Part shown: positions 19,208 through 29,741 of the stretch, in pieces
Position numbering within the stretch: the stretch's first letter is position 1
Layout: each line of letters begins with the position of its first letter
DNA from: Afipia sp.
GTDB lineage: Bacteria > Pseudomonadota > Alphaproteobacteria > Rhizobiales > Xanthobacteraceae
DNA length: 64,000 nucleotides
Reading direction: 5' to 3'
Assembly: GCA_041905905.1 (NCBI GenBank)
Contig: JAYRKE010000009.1
Location: 70,842-134,841, forward strand
Notes under the pieces: generated by a model
Databases searched by the model: none
The model's input: the letters and a program-made list of their open reading frames with translations, nothing else
Told to the model about the DNA's origin: nothing
Position numbers and translations under genes: made by a program

Positions 19208-20509
19208 TTATCCCTGATACTCTTCCGGAAACACCATGTCCTGATCAACGAGGACATTGAATTTGTATCCTGGTCGGATTTCCAGCGTCGGCTGCACGTC
19301 CATGTTGCGTGAGATTATCCGCTCGGCCATGCGTCCGAACGTTTCCGCAAAGGTCCGGCGCGCCGAATACTCCGCGCTGTTCTCCATCCCGAATGAATTG
19401 CGATCGCGCGGGATGGCCATCTCGGTGCCGGCGCCGATCAGCGCGATCAGGATCGCTGAACCGAAGGTCTCGAGTAATTTGCGGTCGACCTTGTCGCTGA
19501 ACCCGCCATAGCCCTGCGCATCGGTCCCCGCCATGCCGCCGATCTGCAGCGTTGCGCCATTCGGCAAAATGATGTCGGTCCAGACAACGAGCACGCGCGA
19601 CTGACCGAAGGAGACCTTGCTGTCGTAACGCCCGAGCAGTCGCGTTCCCTGCGGAATGAGGAGCCGATGTCCGGTCGCGCTGTCATACACATTCTGCGAC
19701 ACCTGCGCCGTAATTCGTCCAGGGAGGTCGGAGTTGATCCCGGTGATCAGCGTGGCAGGAATAACGGAGCCGCGCTTGAGCTCGAACGGCGAACGCTGCG
19801 GCACTACGGAGTTTGGCAGATAGCCGAGCTTGCTGAGGTCGCTGTTGAAAAAGTTCTCCTTGGAGGTTTGGCCGTTGGGGTCGATGGGCTGGCCGGTCAG
19901 ACCGGCACGGAGCGCTGCGGCATAAAGATCGGCAGCGCCCCCATTGCCAAGTGGGCCCGCTGCGCCTGGCCGTTGCTGCTGTTGTGGTGCCCCGCCGGGT
20001 ACGGCTTTCTGCAGCTTGGCGAGGCTGACTCCCAACGGCGAGTCGTAGGCGGAATCGTTGGCCTGAAGACGCGCCATGCGCTGACGGTGTTGCTCGCGCA
20101 GAAACTGCTCACGCTGTTCCCGTTCGATGCGTGCCCGCCAGACTTCCTCGGATTCGATCCCCGACGGTTCGCGCAAAGGCGGTGGCGTTGGGTTGAACGG
20201 GTTCGCCGCCGGGCGTTCCGGTGCTCGCGCCGGCGCAGGCTGGAAGACTTGGGCCGGCGTCGGATCTTCGATGATGCCGTCGGGCACGTTGCGCTTCATC
20301 GCGTCGGCGTAGGTCGAGGCGGGATTCGACGCCGGACCGTCAGGACCACGATCGCCGCGAAAATACAAGCCGCGCGTCGTCAGCCCGTAAAGGATCACGC
20401 CGAAGAACAGGACGACGAACACGATCGCGGCGATCACCGGCAGCCGGTTCAGGCGACGGATCCTCGGCGCGGGTCGGCCGGTATTGAGATCAAGCGACTG
20501 CGCCATCAC
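19208..20509 (-). CDS. trbI: Conjugal transfer protein TrbI (VirB10)
   Basis: ELKRGSVIPATLITGINSDLPG, GTRLLGRYDS, DAQGYGG, PTLEIRPG. Confidence 0.93.
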   Translation of the reverse strand: MMAQSLDLNTGRPAPRIRRLNRLPVIAAIVFVVLFFGVILYGLTTRGLYFRGDRGPDGPASNPASTYADAMKRNVPDGIIEDPTPAQVFQPAPARAPERPAANPFNPTPPPLREPSGIESEEVWRARIEREQREQFLREQHRQRMARLQANDSAYDSPLGVSLAKLQKAVPGGAPQQQQRPGAAGPLGNGGAADLYAAALRAGLTGQPIDPNGQTSKENFFNSDLSKLGYLPNSVVPQRSPFELKRGSVIPATLITGINSDLPGRITAQVSQNVYDSATGHRLLIPQGTRLLGRYDSKVSFGQSRVLVVWTDIILPNGATLQIGGMAGTDAQGYGGFSDKVDRKLLETFGSAILIALIGAGTEMAIPRDRNSFGMENSAEYSARRTFAETFGRMAERIISRNMDVQPTLEIRPGYKFNVLVDQDMVFPEEYQG

Positions 20510-20518
20510 CAGCCTCCT

Positions 20519-20956
20519 CTATCCGCGCTGCATCACCGAGACGGGACTCGTCGCCTTCGCGCCAGAGGCTGTGACCGTATAAGCGCGGCCGAGATCGAGT
20601 TGCTGCGTTGACAACCGCGTCAGGATCGTGCCGTCGAGATTGTCGACCACATAAGCCAGCGGGATCGCCTTCTGGTCGGTTCGCTGATCGGTTGCGACCG
20701 CGTAGCCCCAGCTGCGCAACGCCGCCTCGAGCGCTTGGCCGAAGGGAGAGCCGTCCGACTTTAGGACGATCGTGCCGCTTGCCGGGCCGACATGCTCGGC
20801 GAGACGGCTGACCATGTCTCCTGCAATCGCGCTCGCGGCGGCGGGCGACAGCTCCACGCGTGACGAACTTGCAAGCAGCCCTGATCTTCCTACCGTACTG
20901 CACGCTCCGAGCAGCAGGGCAAGCAAACCGACGGGAACGACGCGGCGTGAGATCAT
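20519..20956 (-). CDS. trbH: Conjugal transfer lipoprotein TrbH
   Basis: Lipobox LGAC, FGQALEAALRSWGYAV, PTSPVSVM-like end; position in the trb operon. Confidence 0.85.
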   Translation of the reverse strand: MISRRVVPVGLLALLLGACSTVGRSGLLASSSRVELSPAAASAIAGDMVSRLAEHVGPASGTIVLKSDGSPFGQALEAALRSWGYAVATDQRTDQKAIPLAYVVDNLDGTILTRLSTQQLDLGRAYTVTASGAKATSPVSVMQRG

Positions 20957-20959
20957 CGT

Positions 20960-21796
20960 TTATCCTCCCCGCCGGATCGTGATCTTTTCCTGCGTCCACC
21001 ATCCGACGCCCGAGACGAGCACCGCTTCGTCGATGTGGTAGTCGACGATCATCAGCGACCCTTTCATCCGATAGTTGACGATGCGGTTCTCGCCGCCGGA
21101 GATAGCGAACAGCACGGGCGCGTCCACGCCCGCGAGCGATGACGGAAACTGGATGTAGGTCTTCTGTCCATCGGAATAGACGCGGGTTGGCCGCCAGCTC
21201 GCGTTGCCGCTGACGTAGTACTCAAAGTTGAGTTGTTCGGCCGAGACGTTTGCGCCGGGTATCGTGCTGGCCTCGAGGCGCGCATTGATGTCCGCCATCC
21301 GCGGGCCGACGTCTTCAGGGTATTCGAAAGCGACGCGCGCCATATATTGCGTCGCGTGCGATTTGAGCTGGAGGTGATAGGTGCGCCGCGACGTGGTGAC
21401 GATCATCGAGGTCACAAGCCGCGATTCGGCCGGCTTGACGATGAGGTGGATTGCCTGCCCGCCTGGCGCGCCCGACGTCGCCGGTTCCACTTTCCAGCGC
21501 ACTGTGTCGCCGACGAGAACGTCTCGCACCACCTCGCCCGGCTGAAGCTCGATATCGCAGACCTGCAGCGGCGAACACACGATTGAGGGCTGGATCTCGC
21601 CATAGAGAAAGATGATCTTGCCGTCCGGCCCGTGCGTCACCAGACCCGGCGCGGCGCGCCAGCGTCCCGACAGATGCGTGCCCTTCGCCTCGTTCCGGTT
21701 CAGACGCTGCGCGGCGGCCTGATCGACCAGAAGCGTCGTCAATGCGGCCGCAAATGCGATGGTAAAGATCGTCAGTCCGGATCGGCTCGATGTCAT
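20960..21796 (-). CDS. trbG: P-type conjugative transfer protein TrbG (VirB9)
   Basis: [46 protein letters not shown]. Confidence 0.93.
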   Translation of the reverse strand: MTSSRSGLTIFTIAFAAALTTLLVDQAAAQRLNRNEAKGTHLSGRWRAAPGLVTHGPDGKIIFLYGEIQPSIVCSPLQVCDIELQPGEVVRDVLVGDTVRWKVEPATSGAPGGQAIHLIVKPAESRLVTSMIVTTSRRTYHLQLKSHATQYMARVAFEYPEDVGPRMADINARLEASTIPGANVSAEQLNFEYYVSGNASWRPTRVYSDGQKTYIQFPSSLAGVDAPVLFAISGGENRIVNYRMKGSLMIVDYHIDEAVLVSGVGWWTQEKITIRRGG

Positions 21797-21819
21797 GACT
21801 GTTTACTCCGCAGCCCTTT

Positions 21820-22482
21820 TCACAATTGCGCCGTCCAATCGAAGTCGCGCAGATAAAGACCGATGGGATTGAGACGGATGGTCTGCTCGTCCTGCGGCGG
21901 CGTCAGCACCACGGTCGCGACACCGCGAAAGCGGCGCGTCGAAAGTTCCTTGCCGCGACGATTGCGTTCGATCTCAGCCCAATCGATTTGATAGCTTTGG
22001 TTGGAGAGGGCGACGACGTTGCTGACCTCGATCGAGACGGTTGCCGTGCGGGCCTTGTCGAACGGTGAGTTCGCGCGAAACCAGGCGTTGACCTTCTCGG
22101 TCGCCGGGTCGGCGGTCCGCAGCATTGCATAGGTCCGGTCGATATATTGCTTCTGGACCGCGGTATCGGGCGAAACGGACCTGAAGTTGCTGACGAAGCC
22201 CGCCAGCGTCGCTCGCACGACGCGCGGATCGGCGTACTCGATCTGTTGCGGAAAGCCCGCCGTGACGGCGCTTCCGAGCTTGTCGACCTCAATAATGTAA
22301 GGGACGAGCTTGACCCGCGTGCTCTGATAGAGCGCGTAACTGGTGGTGACGACCGCGAGGACCATCCCGGTGATGCCGACGATGCGCCATGCAGCCGCCG
22401 CTTTCACATAGGAGCCGTAGCGCTCATTCCATTCCTGCCGCGCAGCAAGATACGGATTTTCCGGTGTCGTCTGCCTCGCCAT
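21820..22482 (-). CDS. trbF: Conjugal transfer protein TrbF (VirB8)
   Basis: [38 protein letters not shown]. Confidence 0.93.
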   Translation of the reverse strand: MARQTTPENPYLAARQEWNERYGSYVKAAAAWRIVGITGMVLAVVTTSYALYQSTRVKLVPYIIEVDKLGSAVTAGFPQQIEYADPRVVRATLAGFVSNFRSVSPDTAVQKQYIDRTYAMLRTADPATEKVNAWFRANSPFDKARTATVSIEVSNVVALSNQSYQIDWAEIERNRRGKELSTRRFRGVATVVLTPPQDEQTIRLNPIGLYLRDFDWTAQL

Positions 22483-22500
22483 CCCCCACCCTCGCCGCCC

Positions 22501-23691
22501 CTACTGGCGCTCGTCGGCATTGTTGTTGCGTTGCCCCGATTGCGTTCTGTTTCTGCGCTCGTCGAGCTTCGCATTTGCGAGTCCGAGCGTTGAAGCGCCC
22601 CACGTGCCGGGAACGCCGATCGCTTTATCGCGCGCCGCGGACGACAGGGCGCCGCCAGCAGCTCCGATAGCGTCGCTCATCCCCCTGAGGGCTGCCGCGC
22701 CGAGCGACGCGCCGCCACTGCGCGCGCCCGCATAGCTCGACGCGCCCACGCGCGCTGCGCCCGCGCCGAGCGCAGCCGCTCCAGCGGCCATCGAGCCCGC
22801 GCCGGCGGCGAAGGCCGCCGTTTGGCTTCCCGCCCGCAGGGCCTCCATGCCACTCGAGACCGAAACGCCCTGCACCACACCTTGCATGATGCTGGGGACG
22901 TACATGGCTATCATGAATACAACGACCGAAATGCCGGCGATCGCGAGCGTCGACAAGAATTGGTCGCCGGTAGAGGGCGAGTTTGCGAGATTGACGAGAA
23001 CCTCGGAACCGATGCGCGCGATCATTACGAGCGCCATCAGCTTCATACCGACGCTGAAAGCATAGATGAGGTAGCGAACAGAGAAATCCTTCGTGAAGGA
23101 CGAGCCGCCAAGCCCGAGCATGATCATGCCGGCGAGAAGACCTACATACATTTCGACCATGACGGCGACAAAGATCGCGGCCACCAGCGCAAAGCAGACG
23201 ACAACGACAATCATCGCGAACACGGCCGCTATGGCGAGCGCGTTATCCTGAAACAGGCCAAACTGGGCTTTCGATGAAAGCGCGGAGGCCACTTTCAAGC
23301 CCGCGTTGAACACGTTCGCAGGCGACGCCGCGCCGCCGCCTGCGCCGATCTGGAAGAGGCTGTCGACGACAGCCTTGGCAAAGGCCGGACCGCGCTCAAG
23401 AATGAAGGCAAACAGGCCGATGAACAGAATGCGACGCACGAGCTCGGCGAACCAGCTATCGAGCGATGCCGCCTGTAGGGCAAGCCAAACCGCTGCGATG
23501 CCGATCTCGATCCCTGCAAGAATCCAGAACAGCGAACGCGCCGCTTGCAGGATTGTCGTTTCCCATCCCTTCGCCGCCGTGACCACCTCGTTTTCAAGAT
23601 TGGTCAACAGGCTGCCATCCTGGGCGAGCGCTGGTGAAGCAAGCAGAAGCAATGCCGACGCTATGGTCAGGAGGTGTGGCAATCTCGGCAT
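22501..23691 (-). CDS. trbL: P-type conjugative transfer protein TrbL (VirB6)
   Basis: Multi-TM; AARSLFWILAGIE, ELVRRILFIG, LGGSSFTKD, Gly/Ala-rich C-tail. Confidence 0.92.
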   Translation of the reverse strand: MPRLPHLLTIASALLLLASPALAQDGSLLTNLENEVVTAAKGWETTILQAARSLFWILAGIEIGIAAVWLALQAASLDSWFAELVRRILFIGLFAFILERGPAFAKAVVDSLFQIGAGGGAASPANVFNAGLKVASALSSKAQFGLFQDNALAIAAVFAMIVVVVCFALVAAIFVAVMVEMYVGLLAGMIMLGLGGSSFTKDFSVRYLIYAFSVGMKLMALVMIARIGSEVLVNLANSPSTGDQFLSTLAIAGISVVVFMIAMYVPSIMQGVVQGVSVSSGMEALRAGSQTAAFAAGAGSMAAGAAALGAGAARVGASSYAGARSGGASLGAAALRGMSDAIGAAGGALSSAARDKAIGVPGTWGASTLGLANAKLDERRNRTQSGQRNNNADERQ

Positions 23692-23699
23692 GATCGCAC

Positions 23700-23873
23700 C
23701 TACTCCTTCCATCGCGGGCGCATCTGCTGCCCGCCGCTCGTGTCGTAGTCCGACTTCGTGTCGAAAAATCCTGATGGCTTATGGTGCGGCGCGGGCGCAC
23801 GGCCAAACCACAGGCCTCCGCCGACGGCGAGCGCGACAATTGCGACAATAAGGAGGAGCGAGGCCGGCTTCAC
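23700..23873 (-). CDS. trbK: Entry-exclusion protein TrbK (57 aa, not in ORF track)
   Basis: Hand translation MKPASLLLIVAIVALAVGGGLWFGRAPAPHHKPSGFFDTKSDYDTSGGQQMRPRWKE; located between trbJ and trbL with GTGA overlap. Confidence 0.85.
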   Translation of the reverse strand: MKPASLLLIVAIVALAVGGGLWFGRAPAPHHKPSGFFDTKSDYDTSGGQQMRPRWKE

Positions 23874-24673
23874 CACCTCGGCTCCATCGTTTGGCCGCCG
23901 GTGGTCGACGGCGCCGTCGAGGTAAAGAACTGATCGCGGCGCGCCTGCGCGAGATCGTCCTTCGCCTGCTTCGATTGGAACCAGGTTCCCATCATCGCGA
24001 CCTGTTGCGCAAAGAGACCGCGCAGCTTTTGGGTTTGGGCCACCTGTTGCGCGGCGATCTGATGCCCGACCTGCAACGCCTTCATCTGGCCATCGGCCGA
24101 CTGCGACATGCTGCGGAGCTGCCCCATTGTCGCTTCTTCGGAGGTAAACTGATCGGAGGTCAGCCCCGCCGCCTTCAAGGTCGCACCGATCGTGTCGCGG
24201 TTCGTCGTCGACCAGTTCTGCCAGGTCGACGAGAAGGTCGAGCCGGTTGGCAGATTGGTCTTGAAGTCGGCGTAGCTCTTGAAGCGCTGCTTCAGGACAT
24301 CATCGGCATTGCCCATCGAGAAGGCGATGCCCTGCCCTTGCCCGACGATGTTGCGCAGCTGGTTGAGGTCTCTCTCGACCTGGCCCCAAACGTGCTGCGG
24401 CAGCCGGGCGGTGTTCTGCAACATATTTTCGTATATTCGCAGCTGGTTTTGGATCTGTTGGGAGAGCTGCGCGATTTGCGTAATTTGATTGTTGATCTGT
24501 TCGGTCGATTTGCCGACCATTGCGATCAGTTCAGAATTGTTCAACAGCTGGGTCCACTCGGTTGCGCCACCGGCGAGCGCGCCGCCCCCGCCGGCCGCCG
24601 CGGGCGTCGCCGCGAGGACACTGGACAGGACCGCAATAATTGCCGGGTTACGCTGATAACAACGTGTCGGCAT
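23870..24673 (-). CDS. trbJ: P-type conjugative transfer protein TrbJ (VirB5)
   Basis: GGATEWTQLLNN, QIQNQLRIYENMLQNT, GQMKALQVG, C-terminal GGQTMEPRW. Confidence 0.92.
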   Translation of the reverse strand: MPTRCYQRNPAIIAVLSSVLAATPAAAGGGGALAGGATEWTQLLNNSELIAMVGKSTEQINNQITQIAQLSQQIQNQLRIYENMLQNTARLPQHVWGQVERDLNQLRNIVGQGQGIAFSMGNADDVLKQRFKSYADFKTNLPTGSTFSSTWQNWSTTNRDTIGATLKAAGLTSDQFTSEEATMGQLRSMSQSADGQMKALQVGHQIAAQQVAQTQKLRGLFAQQVAMMGTWFQSKQAKDDLAQARRDQFFTSTAPSTTGGQTMEPRW

Positions 24674-27086
24674 CGACGACTCCTCTTGCATGCAGCCAGC
24701 GCGTCGGCCAGTCGGGTCCGTCCGTCTGACGAAGTTCAATGATCTTTGCGAGATCGTCTTTTCCGGTCGCGCCAACGAAAGCGAGCGTCACCGGCCCGAG
24801 CGCCATATCGAACAGCCGGCGGCCAATCGGCGACACAACGTAGTATTCCCGCTTTGGAATCGCAGTTGCGACAATCTCAATCTGGCGTTCGTTGAAACCG
24901 ATGCGCTCGTAAAACTCACGCGTGCCGGTCTCGCGCGCCGCGCCGTTCGGCAAGCAGATCTTCGTCGGACAGCTCTCTTTCAGGACGTCAATGATGCCGG
25001 AGCGTTCTGCGTCGGAGATTGACTGAGTGGCGAGCACGACCGCGCAATTTGCTTTGCGCAACACCTTAAGCCACTCGCGAATTTTGTCCCGGAATGTCGG
25101 ATGCCCGAGCATCAGCCACGCTTCGTCGATGATGATGAGGCTCGGCGCGCCGGAGAGACGCTTCTCGATGCGGCGAAAAAGGTAGAGCAGGATCGGCACG
25201 AGATTGCGCTCGCCCATGTTCATGAGCTCTTCGATCTCGAAGGTCTGGAACTCTGACATCAACAGACCGTCCTGCTCTGCGTCGAGCAGATAGCCCATCG
25301 GCCCGTCGACCGTATAACTATGCAATGCGTCCTTGATCTCGCGAAGTTGAACGCCGCTGACGAAATCCGACAGCGAACGTCCACGCGCGTTCGCCATCAG
25401 CGCGATCTGGCGCGCAATCGCGTTGCGATGGTCCGGCGTGACTTTCACGCCCTGCAACGTCACGAGCGTCTCGACCCATTCGGCTGCCCACGCGCGATCC
25501 GTATCGTCATCGAGCTCGGCGAGGGGACAGAACGATAGCCCCTCCCCTGCCCCGACGTCATAATGATCGCCGCCCGCTGCCACCGTCAGCGGAAACATCG
25601 AGCGCCCCTTGTCGAAGCAAAAAATTCGCGCCCCCGCATATCGCCGGAATTGCGCCGCGATCAGCGCGAGAAGGGTCGACTTGCCCGATCCTGTCGGGCC
25701 AAATACCAGCGTGTGGCCCACATCGTCGGTGTGCAGGTTCAGCCGGAACGGGGTGGAGCCGGAGGCGACCTGCATCAGAGGCGGCGCTCCCGGCGCATAG
25801 AACGGGCATGGCGCGGTTGGGCTGCCAGACCAAACGGCATTGAGCGGGATGAGGTCCGCCAGATTGCGCGTGCTGATGAGGGGCTCGCGGATGTTGGCGT
25901 ACCAGTTGCCCGGCAGCGAGCCGAGGAAGGCCTCTGTGGCGTTCAGGGTCTCGATACGTGCCCCGAATCCTTCCGCTTGAATCAAACGTCGCACCGCTTC
26001 GGCCTTTTCACGCAGACGCCGCTCGTCGGTGTCGAAGATGACAACGACCGGGGTGTAATAGCCGTAGGCGACGAGGCCGGACGACGCCTGACCGATGGCG
26101 TCTTCGGTTTCGGCGACCATCAGAACTGCGTCTTGGTCGATCGACCGAGAATTCGTCTGGAAGAGCTGGTCGAAAAAAGGCCGGACCTTCTGCTGCCACT
26201 TCTTGCGCGTGCGCTCGAGCCGCGCCCGCGCCTCCTGATCGTCGAGGAACATGAAGCGGCTCGACCAACGATAGGTCAGCGGCATGAGATCGAGGGCGTT
26301 GAGGATGCCAGGCCAACTCTCGGCCGGGAAGCCATCAATCCCAATGACCGCGAGATAACGATCGTCGATGACGGGCGACAATCCGTGATGAAACTCCGCC
26401 GTTACCACGAAATCGAGATACATCGGGATCTCGGGCAGACGGATCGGATGGTTCTCACCCGTAATACAAAAGCGTACGAACTGAAACAGTTCGTCATAGC
26501 GCGCGTGCCGCACGCTTCCCTCGTCATCGACCTCCTGCGTCTGCATCCGCCTGATCGAAAGGACGTTGCCGAGATATTGCTCGACCTCGCGGATTGAGGT
26601 CAGGAATGTCTCTAGGGTCTTGTCGGCAAAGGACGTCGAACGGCTCTCATCGTCGGAATAGACATAGCGTGACAAGCCGGACTTGCGCCGCTCGGGCGGC
26701 CGATAGGTCAGGATCAGCGCGTGCTCACTTTCGAAATGCCCGCTCTCGGCCTCGAATCGGCGGCGACGTTCGTTGTCGATCGCCCGCGTCACCGCGTCCG
26801 GAAAGTGACAGGCCTCGCGCTGAGGATAGGCATGCGCGGGCACGCGCACGGCTTCGACCTGAATCATCCATCCTGATCCGAGGCGGGCGAGCACGGCGTT
26901 GATCAGCCGCGAGACCTCGTTGCGCTCAACATCGGTCGAGCTTTCACTGTCAGGCCCGGCGTAATACCAGCCGGCCATCAGCGAGCCGTCCTTCAGCAGC
27001 AGGACGCCTGGTGCAACAAGACCGGCATAGGGCAAGAGGTCTGCGAAGGACGGTCCGCTGTGCCTGAAATCGCGCAACGCCACCAT
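24648..27086 (-). CDS. trbE: Conjugal transfer ATPase TrbE (VirB4)
   Basis: SFADLLPYAG, GHTLVFGPTGSGKST, FDKGRS, IIDEAW, LRKANCAVVLATQS. Confidence 0.95.
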   Translation of the reverse strand: MVALRDFRHSGPSFADLLPYAGLVAPGVLLLKDGSLMAGWYYAGPDSESSTDVERNEVSRLINAVLARLGSGWMIQVEAVRVPAHAYPQREACHFPDAVTRAIDNERRRRFEAESGHFESEHALILTYRPPERRKSGLSRYVYSDDESRSTSFADKTLETFLTSIREVEQYLGNVLSIRRMQTQEVDDEGSVRHARYDELFQFVRFCITGENHPIRLPEIPMYLDFVVTAEFHHGLSPVIDDRYLAVIGIDGFPAESWPGILNALDLMPLTYRWSSRFMFLDDQEARARLERTRKKWQQKVRPFFDQLFQTNSRSIDQDAVLMVAETEDAIGQASSGLVAYGYYTPVVVIFDTDERRLREKAEAVRRLIQAEGFGARIETLNATEAFLGSLPGNWYANIREPLISTRNLADLIPLNAVWSGSPTAPCPFYAPGAPPLMQVASGSTPFRLNLHTDDVGHTLVFGPTGSGKSTLLALIAAQFRRYAGARIFCFDKGRSMFPLTVAAGGDHYDVGAGEGLSFCPLAELDDDTDRAWAAEWVETLVTLQGVKVTPDHRNAIARQIALMANARGRSLSDFVSGVQLREIKDALHSYTVDGPMGYLLDAEQDGLLMSEFQTFEIEELMNMGERNLVPILLYLFRRIEKRLSGAPSLIIIDEAWLMLGHPTFRDKIREWLKVLRKANCAVVLATQSISDAERSGIIDVLKESCPTKICLPNGAARETGTREFYERIGFNERQIEIVATAIPKREYYVVSPIGRRLFDMALGPVTLAFVGATGKDDLAKIIELRQTDGPDWPTRWLHARGVVDADTLLSA

Positions 27087-27094
27087 CGCCGGCC

Positions 27095-27394
27095 TCAGTA
27101 TTTTCGCCAGGGCGTGGACGTCGGCCGATAGTGCGACCGGTAGCGGATATGCCGCAAATAGACATGCCGCATCATCGGATCGAGCTTCGCCATCATGCGC
27201 AGAACGCCGACGATGCCGCTCCACACCAAGAGTCCCAGCAGAACGGAGAACCAGGTCAGGACCACAAAGATTAGAATGACGGCGGCTAGCCCGGTCATCA
27301 GCACGAGTTCGCGGTCCGCACCCAGCAGTAGGTTCGGACGCGACAGCGCGCGATGGATCCGCGAGTGATGGAGATTGGAGAACGGCTCAGCCAT
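27095..27394 (-). CDS. trbD: Conjugal transfer protein TrbD (VirB3)
   Basis: [34 protein letters not shown]. Confidence 0.92.
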   Translation of the reverse strand: MAEPFSNLHHSRIHRALSRPNLLLGADRELVLMTGLAAVILIFVVLTWFSVLLGLLVWSGIVGVLRMMAKLDPMMRHVYLRHIRYRSHYRPTSTPWRKY

Positions 27395-27746
27395 GCGGAA
27401 GGGCCCCCGGCTCGCTGGCCTCGACCGTACCGATCGATGCGCCAGACGCGCCGAACAGACCGACGATCTGCGTGGCGCCAAGCAAGATGCCGGCGACCAG
27501 GACGACGTACATTAGCCGCCGCGCGAAATCGTTGAGCTCGCCGCCGAAAATGAGCATGCCGCCGGCGACCGCGACCGCCGCCAGCGCGATGAAGCCGGCG
27601 ACAGGACCGGTGATCGATTGCTGAATCTGCTGGAGCGGACCTTCCCAAGGCAGGCCCCCTCCCCCGCCCGCCAATGCGGGTTGCACAGCGAGCGACAGCG
27701 CGACACATGTGAGGAGACCAAGTGCTAGGCGACGTTCAGGCGACAC
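27387..27746 (-). CDS. trbC: Pilin TrbC (VirB2)
   Basis: Signal peptide then [31 protein letters not shown]. Confidence 0.9.
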   Translation of the reverse strand: MSPERRLALGLLTCVALSLAVQPALAGGGGGLPWEGPLQQIQQSITGPVAGFIALAAVAVAGGMLIFGGELNDFARRLMYVVLVAGILLGATQIVGLFGASGASIGTVEASEPGALPHG

Positions 27747-28698
27747 GTTGCTCCTCCTCGCGGCAAGATTGGATTCGATATTCACCGTGAGCGAAGCCCT
27801 CGACGTGAAGGATGTCGCGCACGATGCGGCCACGCGCGGTCTTCTCGATCGAGACAATCAGGTCCACGGCTTCGCCGATGACGGCTTGCATCTGCTGCTG
27901 ACTTGCTTCGGCTGTGAGCTGCTCAAGCCGTGTCAGCGCGGACATCGCCGAATTCGCATGAACTGTGGTGATGCCGCCGGGGTGGCCGGTGTTCCAACTT
28001 TTTAGCAGCGTCAGCGCAGCGCCGTCCCTGACCTCGCCAACAATGATGCGGTCGGGACGCAATCGCATCGTCGACTTCAACAGCCGGCCCATATCGATCG
28101 TATCGGTCGTATGAAGCGCTACGGCATTGTCGGCGACGCATTGCAACTCGGCCGTGTCCTCGAGGATCACGATGCGATGCTCCGGCGCGGAGGCGACCAT
28201 CTCTGCGATTACTGCGTTGGTGAGCGTGGTTTTGCCGGAGCCTGTGCCGCCCGAGATCACGATGTTCATCCGCGAGGTCACAGCGTTGCGGATCATGCGT
28301 GCCTGATGCTCTGTCATGATCCGATCGCGCACATAGGCGACGAGTGGGATCACCTGCGACGCGCGCCGACGAATAGCAAAGGTCGGTCCGGACACGACCG
28401 GCGGCAGCAGTCCTTCGAAACGATGTGCGCCGATCGGCAACTCACCGGAGACGATCGGACGTTCGTCGTCGACCTCGGAATTGAGCGCATGGGCGACGCT
28501 GCCGATGATGATCTCGGCCGCGGCGTTGCTCATCTGACCGACGCGGGCGATGCCCTGCCCGAGGCGCTCAACAAACAGATGCCCGTCGGGATTGCACATG
28601 ACCTCGACGACGCTCGGATCGTCGAGCGCCGTGCAGATCGTGTCGCCGAGCGCCTCTTGCAGCTTGCGGACGAGACGCGGATGAGAGCGCAGTTGCAC
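27736..28698 (-). CDS. trbB: P-type conjugative transfer ATPase TrbB (VirB11)
   Basis: [38 protein letters not shown]. Confidence 0.95.
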   Translation of the reverse strand: MQLRSHPRLVRKLQEALGDTICTALDDPSVVEVMCNPDGHLFVERLGQGIARVGQMSNAAAEIIIGSVAHALNSEVDDERPIVSGELPIGAHRFEGLLPPVVSGPTFAIRRRASQVIPLVAYVRDRIMTEHQARMIRNAVTSRMNIVISGGTGSGKTTLTNAVIAEMVASAPEHRIVILEDTAELQCVADNAVALHTTDTIDMGRLLKSTMRLRPDRIIVGEVRDGAALTLLKSWNTGHPGGITTVHANSAMSALTRLEQLTAEASQQQMQAVIGEAVDLIVSIEKTARGRIVRDILHVEGFAHGEYRIQSCREEEQRVA

Positions 28699-28713
28699 CG
28701 AACGCCTCCCGCC

Positions 28714-29340
28714 CTACGCCGCAGAGCGGCGCAGGCCGCCTAGGTCGGATCGGTAGCCCGGCGGCCGCACCGATGCGAAGCTGGCGTCATCGGCCGGAAG
28801 CGCGCCGGCAATGCTGAGCGTCTCGCCAATCATCCGCGGTTCGCCGAGCCGCCGCATCGGCCAATGGGCGCGGTTCAGTAGCCGCTCGAAGCGCACGTCC
28901 GTCGCTGTGACGATCTCGCGGTAGCCCTCCCCCATCGACCATTCGATGATGGCGGCGAACAGCGTCAACGTCGCGTGGTGCAGGCCGCGCGCCGCCACCG
29001 CCTCAGTCGCGCCAGTGTCGACACAGAAGCGAGAGCTCTCGATCATCCCCGGATGCGCGTCGAGGCGCCCGCCGGCCAAGAGCTGTGGGAAGGCATCGGC
29101 CAGCATGGTCGGGCCAGTCGCCGGCAGGAGCCGGGCACACCCCAGCACCGGCCCCCGCTCGGCGACCACGAGGATGTACACCGGGTTCAGCTCGTCGAAT
29201 CGGTCGGTCTCAACGCCGTCCGCGATCTCAACATCCCAACCCAACCGTCCGCCGAACACCCTCGCCCTCAGACGGTGCATTTCGGTGAGCAGCGCGCCGA
29301 ACGCGCCTTTGTCTTCCGGCCTGATCGCAATCGCCCGCAT
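28714..29340 (-). CDS. traI: Acyl-homoserine lactone synthase TraI (LuxI family)
   Basis: MHRLRARVFGGRLGW, ETDRFD, GCARLLPATGPTML, ESSRFCVD; first gene of the trb operon. Confidence 0.93.
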   Translation of the reverse strand: MRAIAIRPEDKGAFGALLTEMHRLRARVFGGRLGWDVEIADGVETDRFDELNPVYILVVAERGPVLGCARLLPATGPTMLADAFPQLLAGGRLDAHPGMIESSRFCVDTGATEAVAARGLHHATLTLFAAIIEWSMGEGYREIVTATDVRFERLLNRAHWPMRRLGEPRMIGETLSIAGALPADDASFASVRPPGYRSDLGGLRRSAA

Positions 29341-29408
29341 CGTGTTGCCCCCGCCATTCACTTCGATCTCAGGCGACAAGACGAACACGCGGGTTTCGGT
29401 CTGTCAGA

Positions 29409-29425
29409 CCGTCGAATCCGACAGG
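29409..29425. promoter_or_regulatory. Putative tra box (TraR site) 1
   Basis: CCGTCGAATCCGACAGG, dyad GTCG-AATC-CGAC, centred about 77 bp upstream of traI; exact repeat at 29505-29521. Confidence 0.7.
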
Positions 29426-29504
29426 TATGCTGCGCTGAGTCGCACGAGAGGACGCCGAGCGTTGACGGCGCGGCGCCGTCCAGCTGAAAGGTGACACCGC
29501 AAAC

Positions 29505-29521
29505 CCGTCGAATCCGACAGG
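29505..29521. promoter_or_regulatory. Putative tra box (TraR site) 2
   Basis: Identical 17-mer CCGTCGAATCCGACAGG, 96 bp from copy 1, in the traI-repA divergent intergenic region. Confidence 0.7.
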
Positions 29522-29741
29522 CCGCCTTGCGGCGAGGGAACACTCCGCACATACGCAGTAAGCGATTGAGATATAGGGCAGTCATGGAGACGCTCGGCTG
29601 GTCGACCGACGGCGTCACGCCGAGCGATTAAGGTTTCGTTAACCCTATTCTCCTTGCCACGCCGGGAGAATCGCACATACTGGCGCTAAATTGGGTTAGG
29701 TGCCGCATTCTGGCGCTATTTTATTCTCGGAGTCGATTAAA

